Positions 49,863-60,500 of a DNA stretch of 64,000 bases are shown piece after piece. Position 1 is the stretch's first letter; each line of letters starts with the position of its first letter. The stretch is from an uncultured Gammaproteobacteria bacterium. GTDB taxonomy: Bacteria > Patescibacteriota > Patescibacteriia > UBA11705. The stretch spans positions 140,679 through 204,678 of the forward strand of contig CAYPSS010000001.1 of assembly GCA_964413735.1 (NCBI GenBank). Direction: 5' to 3'. The position numbers and the translations under genes were made by a program. The notes beneath the pieces are model-generated. The model was not told the origin of the DNA, made no database searches, and saw only the letters and a program-made list of their open reading frames with translations.

Positions 49863-51200
49863 ATGTTATACTTTTCTTATATGATAACAAAAATTAAAAA
49901 AATGATTCCTCGTCCGGTTTTAACCGCTTACCATATAGTTTTAGCGTATTTTGGCGCTTTTATTTATGGATTTCCATCACGAAAATTAATTGTGATTGGG
50001 GTGACGGGAACCAACGGTAAGTCAACAACGGTTAGTTTAATTGCCAGAGCTTTGGAGTCGGGGGGGGATAAAGTTGGGGCCATGTCTACGGTTTATTTCA
50101 AAGTGGGTGAAAAGGAAAAATTAAATGATAAGAAAATGACTATGCTTGGTCGTTTGGCGCTTCAAAAATATTTACATCTAATGGTTAAGGCCGGGTGCAA
50201 GTATGCGGTGATAGAAACTTCTTCCCAAGGAATAATTCAAAATCGTCATCGGGCGATTAATTATGATTATGTGGTATTTACCAATTTAACACCCGAACAC
50301 ATTGAAGCACATGGTGGTTTTGAAAACTACAAAAAGGCAAAAGGAAAATTATTTCAACATTTAACCGCCAAACCGCGAAAAAATATTTTTGGTCAAGAGG
50401 TACCGAAAGCGATTATTGTCAATGATGATGACGAATATGCGGGGTACTTCTTATCTTTTCCATCTGATCGAAAAATCACTTATGCGATTCACAATCAAGC
50501 GGATTGGCGCGCGCGAGAAATTGCGGTTGAATTGCAAGGAACTTCTTACGAGGTGAATAATTTCCAAGTGGTATTAAAATTAATCGGTGAATTTAATGTT
50601 TATAATTCACTACCGGCATTGATTATCGCTCATGAACAAGGATTACCAATGACGAATGTTTTGCAATATTTGAAAACAGTATCAGTTGTCCCGGGACGAA
50701 TGGAATTGATTGATCAAGGGCAAAATTTTTATGTTTTGGTGGATTATGCGCCTGAACCTTATGCTTTGAAAGCCTTATATCGAACTTTGGATGAGGTCTT
50801 ACGATTTTCTCCAAAAGTTGGTTTTAATAATTTGATTCATGTATTAGGTTCTTGTGGCGGTGGACGCGATGTGGCTCGGCGACCAATCTTGGGAAAAATG
50901 GCCGGAGAAAAAGCTGACATTGTGATTATTACCAATGAGGATCCTTATGATGATGATCCAAGAGAAATTATGGATGATGTGGCGCAAGGGGCAATAGAAT
51001 CAGGAAAAATTCTAAATCAGGATTTGTTTTTGATTGAAGATCGACGCGAGGCTATTGCCAAGGCTTTGTCATTGGCACAAGAAAATGATTTAGTTTTAGT
51101 AACCGGTAAAGGATCAGAGCAGGCCATGGCAATTGCCAATGGAAAATATCTTAAATGGGATGATCGGAAGGTAATCAGGGAGGAGCTGCAGAAAATGTAA
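49863..51200 (+). CDS. Mur ligase family protein (MurE-like, lacking a long N-terminal domain)
   Basis: 445 aa; P-loop GVTGTNGKSTT, central-domain motifs, C-terminal DDPR (DNPR-like) segment; contains G8 homopolymer at 50060-50067. Confidence 0.65.
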   Translation: MLYFSYMITKIKKMIPRPVLTAYHIVLAYFGAFIYGFPSRKLIVIGVTGTNGKSTTVSLIARALESGGDKVGAMSTVYFKVGEKEKLNDKKMTMLGRLALQKYLHLMVKAGCKYAVIETSSQGIIQNRHRAINYDYVVFTNLTPEHIEAHGGFENYKKAKGKLFQHLTAKPRKNIFGQEVPKAIIVNDDDEYAGYFLSFPSDRKITYAIHNQADWRAREIAVELQGTSYEVNNFQVVLKLIGEFNVYNSLPALIIAHEQGLPMTNVLQYLKTVSVVPGRMELIDQGQNFYVLVDYAPEPYALKALYRTLDEVLRFSPKVGFNNLIHVLGSCGGGRDVARRPILGKMAGEKADIVIITNEDPYDDDPREIMDDVAQGAIESGKILNQDLFLIEDRREAIAKALSLAQENDLVLVTGKGSEQAMAIANGKYLKWDDRKVIREELQKM

Positions 51201-51228
51201 TGCTAAGGCATCTTTAATTTTAATATTT

Positions 51229-51918
51229 ATGAATGCAGAATTTCCCATACAATCAAAATTCCCAACTGAAGATATTAAAGCAACATTAAAAAGGAATTTG
51301 TTTTTAGTTGATGTTATTGAAAATGAAAAACAGGAACAGTGTAAGGAAATTTCCAAAGAACTTGAAAAGAGGTTTGGGCAATACTCTTGGTTTTATGGAT
51401 TGTCATTAATGGGATCTAATCTCAGAGGATATGGGACGAAATCGTCAGATGTTGATTTTAAAATTTTTTATGATAGTTCTGAAATGTCGATGTCAAGGCT
51501 GGCAATGATTGTAAAACAGCATATTAAAGAAGTAGAGGAGTTTTTTGGTTTTGAATCCGGTCATATTTCCGTTCCTTATTTTGTTGGGTTTAATCTTGAC
51601 CTGATTAACAAAGGTTTACATGATGCTAAGGGGCAAGATCGCTTTAAGGCGTTGCTTACCCTAAAAGATTTGAGTGGGCCGATAGTTGGAGATAAAGTAG
51701 TTGAAGTTCGAAGAAAAATAAAAAATGTTTTATCTCAATTAAAAATGGAACAGAAAAGAACAATCCTTGATCAAGTTGTTGATTATGCAGTGCAAGAAGA
51801 AGAACTTGGAGAAAAAAAGTTAATGCAACGTTTGGGGATGGGAAATGATGAAATGGGGGAATTTTGGGAGGTAAGGCGTAATTTATGGGAAACACATATT
51901 AATGACCTTTGGTCTTAG
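51229..51918 (+). CDS. minimal nucleotidyltransferase (Pol-beta superfamily, KNTase/MNT-like) with helical C-terminal region containing an Rx5-6H HEPN-like motif
   Basis: 229 aa; GSNLRGYGTKSSDVDF fits hG[GS]-x9-13-DhD; C-terminal VRRNLWETH; 28-nt gap after the Mur ligase gene. Confidence 0.55.
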   Translation: MNAEFPIQSKFPTEDIKATLKRNLFLVDVIENEKQEQCKEISKELEKRFGQYSWFYGLSLMGSNLRGYGTKSSDVDFKIFYDSSEMSMSRLAMIVKQHIKEVEEFFGFESGHISVPYFVGFNLDLINKGLHDAKGQDRFKALLTLKDLSGPIVGDKVVEVRRKIKNVLSQLKMEQKRTILDQVVDYAVQEEELGEKKLMQRLGMGNDEMGEFWEVRRNLWETHINDLWS

Positions 51919-51951
51919 ATACATAATGTTATAAATTATTAATCTAAACAT

Positions 51952-52407
51952 ATGACAACTTCAAAAAAAATTTTATTTTTTTTGGTGTTACTGGTTTTGA
52001 TTGTCGCCGGTTGGTGGTTTTTTAGCGCGCGTGAATCATCTCCGGCGCTGAACAACAATCAGTTGGTTAATGAACAAAATCAAGACAACCAAAATGTTGG
52101 TTTAGCTAATCCGGCTAGTGTGAATTGTCTTGATCAAGGTGGTCAATTGGTAATGAAAGAAAAGCCGGATGGTAGTCAGTATGGTCTTTGTTACTTCGAT
52201 GACAATCGCGCTTGTGAAGAGTGGTCTATGTATCGCGGGGATTGCCCGGTCGGGGGCATGAAAACCACTGGTTATGATACTGAGGCACAAAGATTTTGTG
52301 CTTGGAATGGTGGTAGTACTACAGCCACGGAAAACGCTTTATGTGTTTTGCCTGATGGTCGTGCTTGCTTGGCAGATGATTTTTATCTTGGCCAATGTGA
52401 AGAATAA
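51952..52407 (+). CDS. secreted DUF333-like (putative-hemolysin family) protein with two Cys-rich repeats
   Basis: 151 aa; signal/TM then NPASVNCLDQGG...GLCYFDDNRACEEW...GDC repeated. Confidence 0.55.
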   Translation: MTTSKKILFFLVLLVLIVAGWWFFSARESSPALNNNQLVNEQNQDNQNVGLANPASVNCLDQGGQLVMKEKPDGSQYGLCYFDDNRACEEWSMYRGDCPVGGMKTTGYDTEAQRFCAWNGGSTTATENALCVLPDGRACLADDFYLGQCEE

Positions 52408-52433
52408 ATTATAATAAGGTTTAAAATAAAAAA

Positions 52434-52452
52434 CAGTCGATATTATCGACTG
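52434..52452. terminator. palindromic terminator cagtcgatattatcgactg, bidirectional, shared by the DUF333 gene and ZnF paralog 52463..53026
   Basis: perfect 7-bp stem; T-tract on minus strand; near-identical hairpin at 53177..53197. Confidence 0.6.
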
Positions 52453-52462
52453 TATAAATGTA

Positions 52463-53026
52463 TTATTCCAGTTTTGTTAAAGCATAGTGAGCACTTTTTT
52501 CAATTTGTCGAAGTTGTTCTCTGATTTCACTGATTTGTTCATCGGTTAGAGCTTGTTTCCCAAAAAAGGAGTGCTTTTCACCTTTATAAACCCCTGTTTG
52601 TAAAAATGATTCTAAACAATAAATCAATTTTTCTCTGGTAATGTCAGAGAGATGATCAGTAAAGTATTCGCTAACAATTCCATTCATATTAACCACCCTA
52701 TATTGAATATAGATCCCATAATCACCATCAACAGTTTGAACAGCAGAATTATCATTTTTAACGCTAATTCCCGTAACTTCAACTAAAAGAAAGTTCACGC
52801 CCTCAACTTCAGAGGAAATACCGTGGATTGGCCCATAGAAAAGGGCGCCTGCTTTTACATGAGCTTGGCCATGTAAATTGATTCTTAGAAAAAGAAAATC
52901 TCCGTGCTGTATAAATTCTTCAATTAATCTACAAACATTTTCATGATGAATTGCCTCATTCCCAGTTTCAAAATCTTTATTGCAATGTTCGCATTTATAA
53001 CGAGTCACTTGAATCTCTTTTGCCAT
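52463..53026 (-). CDS. N-terminal C2HC zinc-finger protein, family D' (187 aa)
   Basis: YKCEHCNKDFETGNEAIHHENVC (C-x2-C-x3-F-x7-H-H-x3-C); paralog of 53204..53758. Confidence 0.55.
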   Translation of the reverse strand: MAKEIQVTRYKCEHCNKDFETGNEAIHHENVCRLIEEFIQHGDFLFLRINLHGQAHVKAGALFYGPIHGISSEVEGVNFLLVEVTGISVKNDNSAVQTVDGDYGIYIQYRVVNMNGIVSEYFTDHLSDITREKLIYCLESFLQTGVYKGEKHSFFGKQALTDEQISEIREQLRQIEKSAHYALTKLE

Positions 53027-53106
53027 ATCAACCTCCAGTATTGGGCGTTTATCACGCCCGAAAAAATGTCAAAAAACATTGATACTTGATTTTAACTTAT
53101 TCATGG
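53024..53106 (-). repeat. about 80-bp conserved promoter/5'UTR cassette with operator-like palindrome GGGCGT-N5-ACGCCC (53043-53059), copy 1
   Basis: identical over about 78 bp to 53756..53838. Confidence 0.8.
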
Positions 53107-53203
53107 TTTTTGTCAACTGAATTACATAATAAGTTTCAAGAAATAATTTTTTAGACGGATAATTGTCAATTAAAAAGCAGTCGATGTTATCGACTGCTTG
53201 GTT

Positions 53204-53758
53204 TTATAAGGGGTTTAATTTACCCCAAGCATGATTGAAGTTGTCTCGAGCTTCCAGAATTTGATCGCTGATTCTTTTTAATCCGTTGGGGGAAATCACT
53301 TGAGGGTGGAAGAAAAGAGCGGAACGCATTTGCAAAATACCGGTTGTCAGATAGGTCTTGAGTCGTTCAATTAATGCTACTCTGGTGATCCCTGACAAAT
53401 TATCGGTCAGAGTATATTCTTGACTTGATTTACCCGGCAAAACTTTGCACTTTAAAACGAATTGGTATGTATCTTTTTTTTCTCTTTCGGCAATTTCAAA
53501 CCAAGTTACTTCCACTAAAACAAAATCATTGAATTTTCTTTCCGAAGTGAATTCTTCAATTTGGTCACAAAAAGCTGCCGCTTCTTGTAACTCCGCATAT
53601 TGCGAAACGCCAATATTCATGAATAATAGAGTGCCAGGTTTAACGAATCGGGAAATGAGTTCACAAAGATCTTCGTGATAGGTAGCTTCTTGTTGGGTTT
53701 CAAAATGACATTCGCAATAATCGCACTTGAATTGTCGTACTTGTATTTCACTTGCCAT
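53204..53758 (-). CDS. N-terminal C2HC zinc-finger protein, family D' (184 aa)
   Basis: FKCDYCECHFETQQEATYHEDLC; terminator gcagtcgatgttatcgactgc downstream. Confidence 0.55.
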   Translation of the reverse strand: MASEIQVRQFKCDYCECHFETQQEATYHEDLCELISRFVKPGTLLFMNIGVSQYAELQEAAAFCDQIEEFTSERKFNDFVLVEVTWFEIAEREKKDTYQFVLKCKVLPGKSSQEYTLTDNLSGITRVALIERLKTYLTTGILQMRSALFFHPQVISPNGLKRISDQILEARDNFNHAWGKLNPL

Positions 53759-53838
53759 ATCAACCTCCAGTATTGGGCGTTTATCACGCCCGAAAAAATG
53801 TCAAAAAACATTGATACTTGATTTTAACTTATTTATAA
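53756..53838 (-). repeat. about 80-bp conserved promoter/5'UTR cassette with GGGCGT-N5-ACGCCC palindrome (53775-53791), copy 2
   Basis: identical to copy 1. Confidence 0.8.
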
Positions 53839-54161
53839 GTTTTGTCAACTGCATTATAGTTGTGAATTTAATTAGATGTTTTGGTTGAAAAAAATAGCAT
53901 TTTTTTGCGATTAATTTACCTTAAATTAGTCAAATATATTGAGTTGTGGACAATAAGCTTGACAAGTACTTGACGATAGGCTTATTTTTTGCTAGAATAT
54001 ACTCATATTAATAACTTCCCTAAGCGGGAACTGTATCTTTTGATTGTGAGTCGGAGATAGGGTTTCCAAAAAAATTCACATGATTATTAGGGGATTTGTG
54101 GACAATTTAACTTAACTTTTTTAAAAAACTCGTTCCTCATGAAGAGGGAGGAGTATATTTT

Positions 54162-57100
54162 TATGTCTACTCAAAAAAACGCTCGAAAATTTTTCACTTC
54201 ACCTTACAAGGTGACTCCGCCGGATTTAATTGAAATCCAAAAAAATTCTTATAATTGGTTTGTTCGTGACGGATTACAAGAATTGTTCGAAGAAATTTCT
54301 CCGATCGTTGATGTGTCGGAAAAAGGTTTGGAATTGCACTTCAATGATTATTATTTGGATGAACCAAAGTTTGATGAAGTGACCAGTAAAGAAAAGAATA
54401 TTACCTATGAAGCGCCATTGCGTATCAAGGCGACCTTGACCAATACCAAGACCAAGAAAAAAGAAACTCAAGAAATTTATTTGGGAGATTTCCCTTTGAT
54501 TACCGATCGCGGTACTTTTATCATCAATGGTATTGAACGATCAATTGTTTCTCAAATTATTCGTACTTCAGGTGTTTTGTTTAATTCCAATTTTTTAAGA
54601 GAAAAGAACCGTCGTTTTTACGGTGCGAAAATTATTCCACAACGCGGTGCTTGGATGGAATTTGAAACCGACGCTAATAATGTAATTTGGGTAAAAATCG
54701 ATCGCAAGAGAAAAATTACCGCCACTTCCATTTTGAAGGCGTTTGGCATGTTTAATGAAGATGAAATCAGACAAAATTTCAAGGATGTTGACGTACATCC
54801 GGATATCAGTTTTATTGATGCTTCATTGGGAAAAGATGTGGCGAAAAATCAAGAAGATGCTCTTATCGAAGTCTATAAAAGAATTCGTCCCGGTGATTTG
54901 GCGACCGCTGATAATGCCAAGTCTTTGATTTTTTCCATGTTTTTTAATTTTGCGCGTTATGATTTCGGTAAAGTCGGTCGTTACAAAATGAATCAACGAT
55001 TTGGGACTGAATATGAATTAACTGAAGAAAATCGAGTTTTGAAAATTGAGGATATTATTGCGGTGATGAAAGAAATTATTCGATTAAATATTGAACAAAC
55101 TGATGCTGATGATATTGATCATCTTGGTAATCGTCGCATTCGAGCGGTTGGTGAATTGGTGCAAAGTCGCTTCCGTGTAGGTTTGGCTCGAATGGAAAGA
55201 ATTGTGAAAGATCGCATGAGTACTATGGATCCAACAATTTTGACTCCTTCCAAATTGATTAACGCCCGTCCGGTGATTGGTGTGGTAAAGGAGTTTTTCA
55301 TGTCCTCACAATTATCCCAATTTATGGATCAAACCAATCCGTTATCGGAATTGGAACATAAGCGCCGAATTTCGGCGATGGGTCCCGGCGGTTTAAGTCG
55401 TGAACGTGCCGGATTTGATGTTCGTGATGTGCACGCTACTCATTATGGTCGTTTATGTCCGATTGCCACACCGGAAGGTCCGAACATTGGTTTGGTGGGG
55501 CATTTGGCCACTTACGCACGCGTTAATGAATATGGTTTTATTGAAACTCCGTATTTTGTGGTGGAACATAAAGTTATCAGTGATTTAGTGGATCCGAAAA
55601 CTAAACAAGTTTTATTTAAAAAAGGTAGTTTTGTAAAAGGCGTGCAATTGGATAAGTGTAATTTGGCGCCGGAAGAAATCAATCAAGCGGTGAAAAATCG
55701 ATTGACCGATCAAATGGTTTATTTGAATGCGATTGTGGAAGAAAAATCCATTACCACTTCTTCGGCGGCCGTGGTTGATGATCAGGGTTATTTTGTGGCG
55801 GAAAAAGTGGCGGTACGAAAATACGGTAAACCTGATTTGGATTATGCTTATAAAGTTGATCACATGGACGTAGCTTCAAATCAAATTGTTAGTGTGGCCA
55901 CCGCTTTGATTCCATTTTTGGAACACAATGATTCTGTTCGTGCTTTGATGGGAACAAATATGCAACGTCAAGCGGTCCCAACCGTCAAACCTCAAGCGCC
56001 AATTGTTGGAACGGGAATGGAATTTAAGGCAGCTTGTGACTCCGGTCATGTTTTAGTTGCTCCGGAAGATGGTGAAGTGACGGCTGTTCAAGGTGACATG
56101 ATTCAAATTAAAGATAAAAAGGGCAAATTAAAATCTTATTATTTGAATAAGTATGCTTGTTCAAATTCATCTACTAGTATTAACCAATCACCAATTGTTA
56201 ATAAGGGTGATAAAGTAAAAAAGGGTGATGTTTTGGCTGATGGACCATCAACTGATCATGGTGAATTGGCTTTGGGGCAAAATGTTTTGGTCGCCTATAT
56301 GGCTTATGAAGGTTATAATTATGAAGATGCGATCGTTATTTCTGAAAGATTGGTAAAAAATGATACCTTCTCTTCTGTTCATATTGATAATTATTCAGTT
56401 GATATTCGTGAAACCAAATTGGGACCGGAATCGGTGACGGCGGATATTCCCAATATCAGTGAAGAAAAATTAAAAAATTTGGATGCGGACGGAATTGTAC
56501 GTGTCGGTGCCTTTGTAAAATCGGGCGATATTTTAGTTGGTAAAATCACACCAAAAGGAGAAACGGAATTGTCAGCTGAAGAAAAATTATTAAAAGCGAT
56601 TTTCGGTGAAAAAGCGCGCGATGTGCGTGATACTTCTTTGCGTTTGGAACATGGAGAACTTGGTAAAGTGGTGGATGTGAAAATCTTTTCCGCGGAAGCC
56701 GGAGATAAATTGTCTCCCGGGATTATCAAGACTATCCAAGTTTCCATTGCTAACTTACGAAAAATTCAAGTTGGCGATAAATTAGCCGGTCGTCATGGTA
56801 ATAAAGGTGTTATTTCTCGAGTGGTGCCGATTGAAGATATGCCTTTCATGGAAGATGGTACTCCGATTGATGTGTTATTAACGCCACTTGGTATTGCTTC
56901 TCGTATGAATTTGGGACAGATTTTGGAAACTCATATGGGATTGGCCGCTCATAAATTGAATTACAAAGTAGCAACACCGGTATTTAACGGAATTACCGAG
57001 GATATTATTCGTCAAGAATTGGAAAAAGCCGGATTACCGGTTAATGGTCAAGTTCAATTGTACAACGGTAAAACCGGTGAACCTTTTGATCATGAAGTAA

Positions 57101-57552
57101 CGATCGGTTATAAATATATTTTGAAATTAAATCATATGGTGGATGACAAGATTCACCAACGATCGATTGGGCCTTATTCCTTAATTACTCAACAACCTTT
57201 GGGTGGTAAAGCGCAATTCGGTGGTCAGAGATTCGGAGAAATGGAAGTGTGGGCGCTGGAAGCTTATGGAGCAGCTCATACTTTGCAAGAAATTTTGACC
57301 ATTAAGTCCGATGATGTTTTGGGACGCGCTAAGGCTTATGAGTCTATTATTAAAGGTGAATCAATCAGACGCTTAAATGTTCCCGAATCGTTTAATGTTT
57401 TGATCCGTGAATTAAAGGGTTTGTGTTTGAATGTGGAGCTGTTAAAAGATGGTAAAAAAGTGGAATATTCTGATTCTGACGAAGTGGAAGATCGTGGACC
57501 GAAACGTTTTCGAGATTTGCCTCCTCCTCCGGTTGAGGAAAATGAAGAATAA
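54162..57552 (+). CDS. rpoB: DNA-directed RNA polymerase subunit beta
   Basis: about 1130 aa from MSTQKN (SD gagggaggag); canonical RpoB blocks; track ORF includes 8 extra N-terminal codons. Confidence 0.95.
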
Positions 57553-57587
57553 TTAATTTAAATAAAATATATTAATATCAACATTAT

Positions 57588-60500
57588 ATGGGAGAGGCCT
57601 TAAAAATAAGCGACTTTAATTCAATCAGACTTAAACTCGCATCACCTGATGAAATTCGATCTTGGTCGCATGGGGAAGTTTTGCGACCGGAAACCATCAA
57701 TTATCGAACGCAAAAACCGGAAAAAGACGGTCTGTTTTGCGAAAAGATTTTCGGACCCAGTAAAGATTGGGAGTGTTATTGCGGTAAGTACAAGAAAATT
57801 CGTTACAAGGGTATTGTTTGTGATAAGTGTGGCGTGGAAGTGACACGAGCGGTGGTTCGTCGTCAACGCATGGGGCATATTAATTTGTCTTCACCGGTTT
57901 CGCATATTTGGTTTTTGCGCGGTGTCCCCAGCAAAGTGGGTTTGGTTCTTGATATGTCAGTACAAAAATTGGAAAAAGTAATTTACTTTGCCAGTTTCAT
58001 TGTGACTGAAGTTGATGAAGAAGCGCGCAAAGAAGAAATTGAAAAATTGAAACGTGAATATTTGTCTCGGAAAAAATCATATGAATCACAATACAATCAA
58101 AAATTGGATTTAATTGAAAAAAACGATCAATTGAACGCCAAAGAGAAAAAGGCTCAAGTTAAGGAATTGGAAGAATGGAAAACGACAGAATTTGCTTCAC
58201 TTGAAGAAGAATATGTCATGTCCGATCGTGATTTGAAAGATTTGCGACCATTGGCGGTAATTTCCGAAGCGCAATATCATGATTTATCATTAAAGTACGG
58301 ACATGTTTTTGATGCCGGTATTGGCGCTGACTCCGTGCAAAAATTATTAAAGGCTTTTGATGTAAAAAAGACTATTGAGGTTTTGGAAAAAGAATTGAAG
58401 GAAGATCGTGGCGGTAAAAAGAAAAAATTAATCAATCGTATTAAACTTCTGAAAAGTTTGGATCGTAACGGATTGAAACCAGAATGGATGATTTTGAATT
58501 CCATTCCGGTAATTCCGCCGGACTTGCGTCCCATGGTACCGCTTGACGGTGGACGATTTGCCACCAGTGATTTGAATGATTTGTATCGTCGCGTAATCAG
58601 TCGAAATAATCGTTTAAAAAGATTGTCCGAATTAAATGCTCCGGAAGTGATTTGTCGTAATGAAAAACGAATGTTGCAAGAAGCGGTTGATGCTTTGATC
58701 GATAATTCAGCGCGTCATACCAAAACCACCACCGCTTCTACCGGTCAAAAGCGCAGTTTGAAATCCATTGCTGATTATTTAAAAGGTAAACAAGGACGTT
58801 TCCGCCAAAATTTACTTGGTAAAAGAATTGACTATTCCGGTCGTAGCGTAATTGTGGTTGGTCCGAAATTAAAGTTAAATCAATGCGGTATTCCGAAAAA
58901 CATGGCGCTCGAATTATTTAAACCGTTTGTGATCAGTCGTTTGATTAAGCAAGAATTGGTTCATAATATTCGTAGTGCCAATCGTTTTATTGAATCCGAT
59001 CGTTCGGAGGTTTGGGATATCTTGGAAGATATTATTAAGAGCGCTCATGTTTTGCTCAATCGTGCGCCGACCTTGCATCGACTTGGTATCCAAGCGTTTG
59101 CTCCGATTTTGATCGAAGGTAAAGCTATTCAATTGCATCCGCTTGTTTGTACGGCATTTAACGCTGACTTTGATGGTGACCAAATGGCCGTCCATGTTCC
59201 GTTGACTGAAGATGCGAAAAAAGAAGCCCGCGAAAGAATGTTATCAACTAGAAATTTGTTGAAACCGGCTACTGGTAATCCGATTACTGTCCCTAATATG
59301 GATATGGTATGGGGAAGTTATTATGTAACCGGTATGGAACAAACTCCGGAAAACAAAATTAAAGTTTTTGCCTCGGCGGAAGAAGCAAAAATGGCGTATG
59401 CTCTTCGTAAAATAACTTTGCGCGATAAAATCAAAGTAAGAATTTCAAATCATAAATCGATCAGTAAAAAAATCAATGATGATATTTTGGAAACCACTTT
59501 GGGTCGGGTAATGTTTAATGAAAATTTGCCGGAAAAATTACCATATTATAATGAAATGATTGATAAGAAAAAAATGGGTGAAATTGTGAAATTATGTTTG
59601 GAATTTTACTCTTTTGATGAAGTGGCGAAGGTTTTGGATAAGATTAAAGATTTTGGATTTAAACAATTAACCAAGTCCGGATTTTCTTGGGGAATGAATG
59701 ATGTTCCGGAAATCAAGGAAAAGCAATATTTGGTGGCTGAAGGTAATCGTCGCGTGGATGAAGTTAATGAGCAATATGAAAACGGTTTATTAACCTTTGA
59801 TGAACGTTATTCCAAAGTGATTGAAATTTGGACTGACATAAAGGATAAAGTTACAGCGGTGACCAAACAATCGTTGGATGCTACCGGTCCGGTTTATTCC
59901 ATGATTAATTCCGGTGCTCGTGGTTCATGGGGGCAGGTGACTCAGATGATGGGTATGAAGGGGTTGGTAACCAATCCGGCCGGTCAAATTATTGAATTGC
60001 CGGTTAAGGCTAACTTTCGTGAAGGTTTTACCGTACTCGAATATTACATTTCCAGTCATGGTTCGAGAAAAGGTTTGACCGATACTGCCTTGCGTACCGC
60101 TAACGCCGGTTATTTGACTCGTCGTTTGGTGGATGTGGCGCAAGATGTGATTGTTATTCAGGAAGATTGTGGTGATGAAGAAGGTAAGATTTTTACCAAA
60201 GCGGAAAGTGAAGAAATGAATGAAACTTTGGTGGAACGAATTGTCGGTCGTTATTTGTTGTCAGATTTAAAAGATGCCGCTACCGGTAAAGTTTTGGTTA
60301 AAGCCGGAGAAGTGATTACAGATAAAATCGGTCGTGAATTGGTCAAACACAATGTGGAACAAGTTCACGTGCGTTCGGTTTTGTCATGTAAATTACCCCG
60401 CGGTGTTTGTCAGAAATGTTATGGTTATGACTTGGCTTATAACCGTAATGTTGATATTGGAACAGCGGTAGGAACAATTGCCGCGCAAAGTATTGGTGAA

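Noticed and set aside
54000-54161. Possible 11-aa uORF (MIIRGFVDNLT) and hairpins (ttccc-taagc-gggaa; cctc-atgaa-gagg) in the about 180-nt rpoB leader after the TTGACG-N17-TAGAAT promoter
   Set aside because: The features are short and common by chance in AT-rich DNA. An rpoB leader attenuator is plausible but not supportable from this sequence alone.
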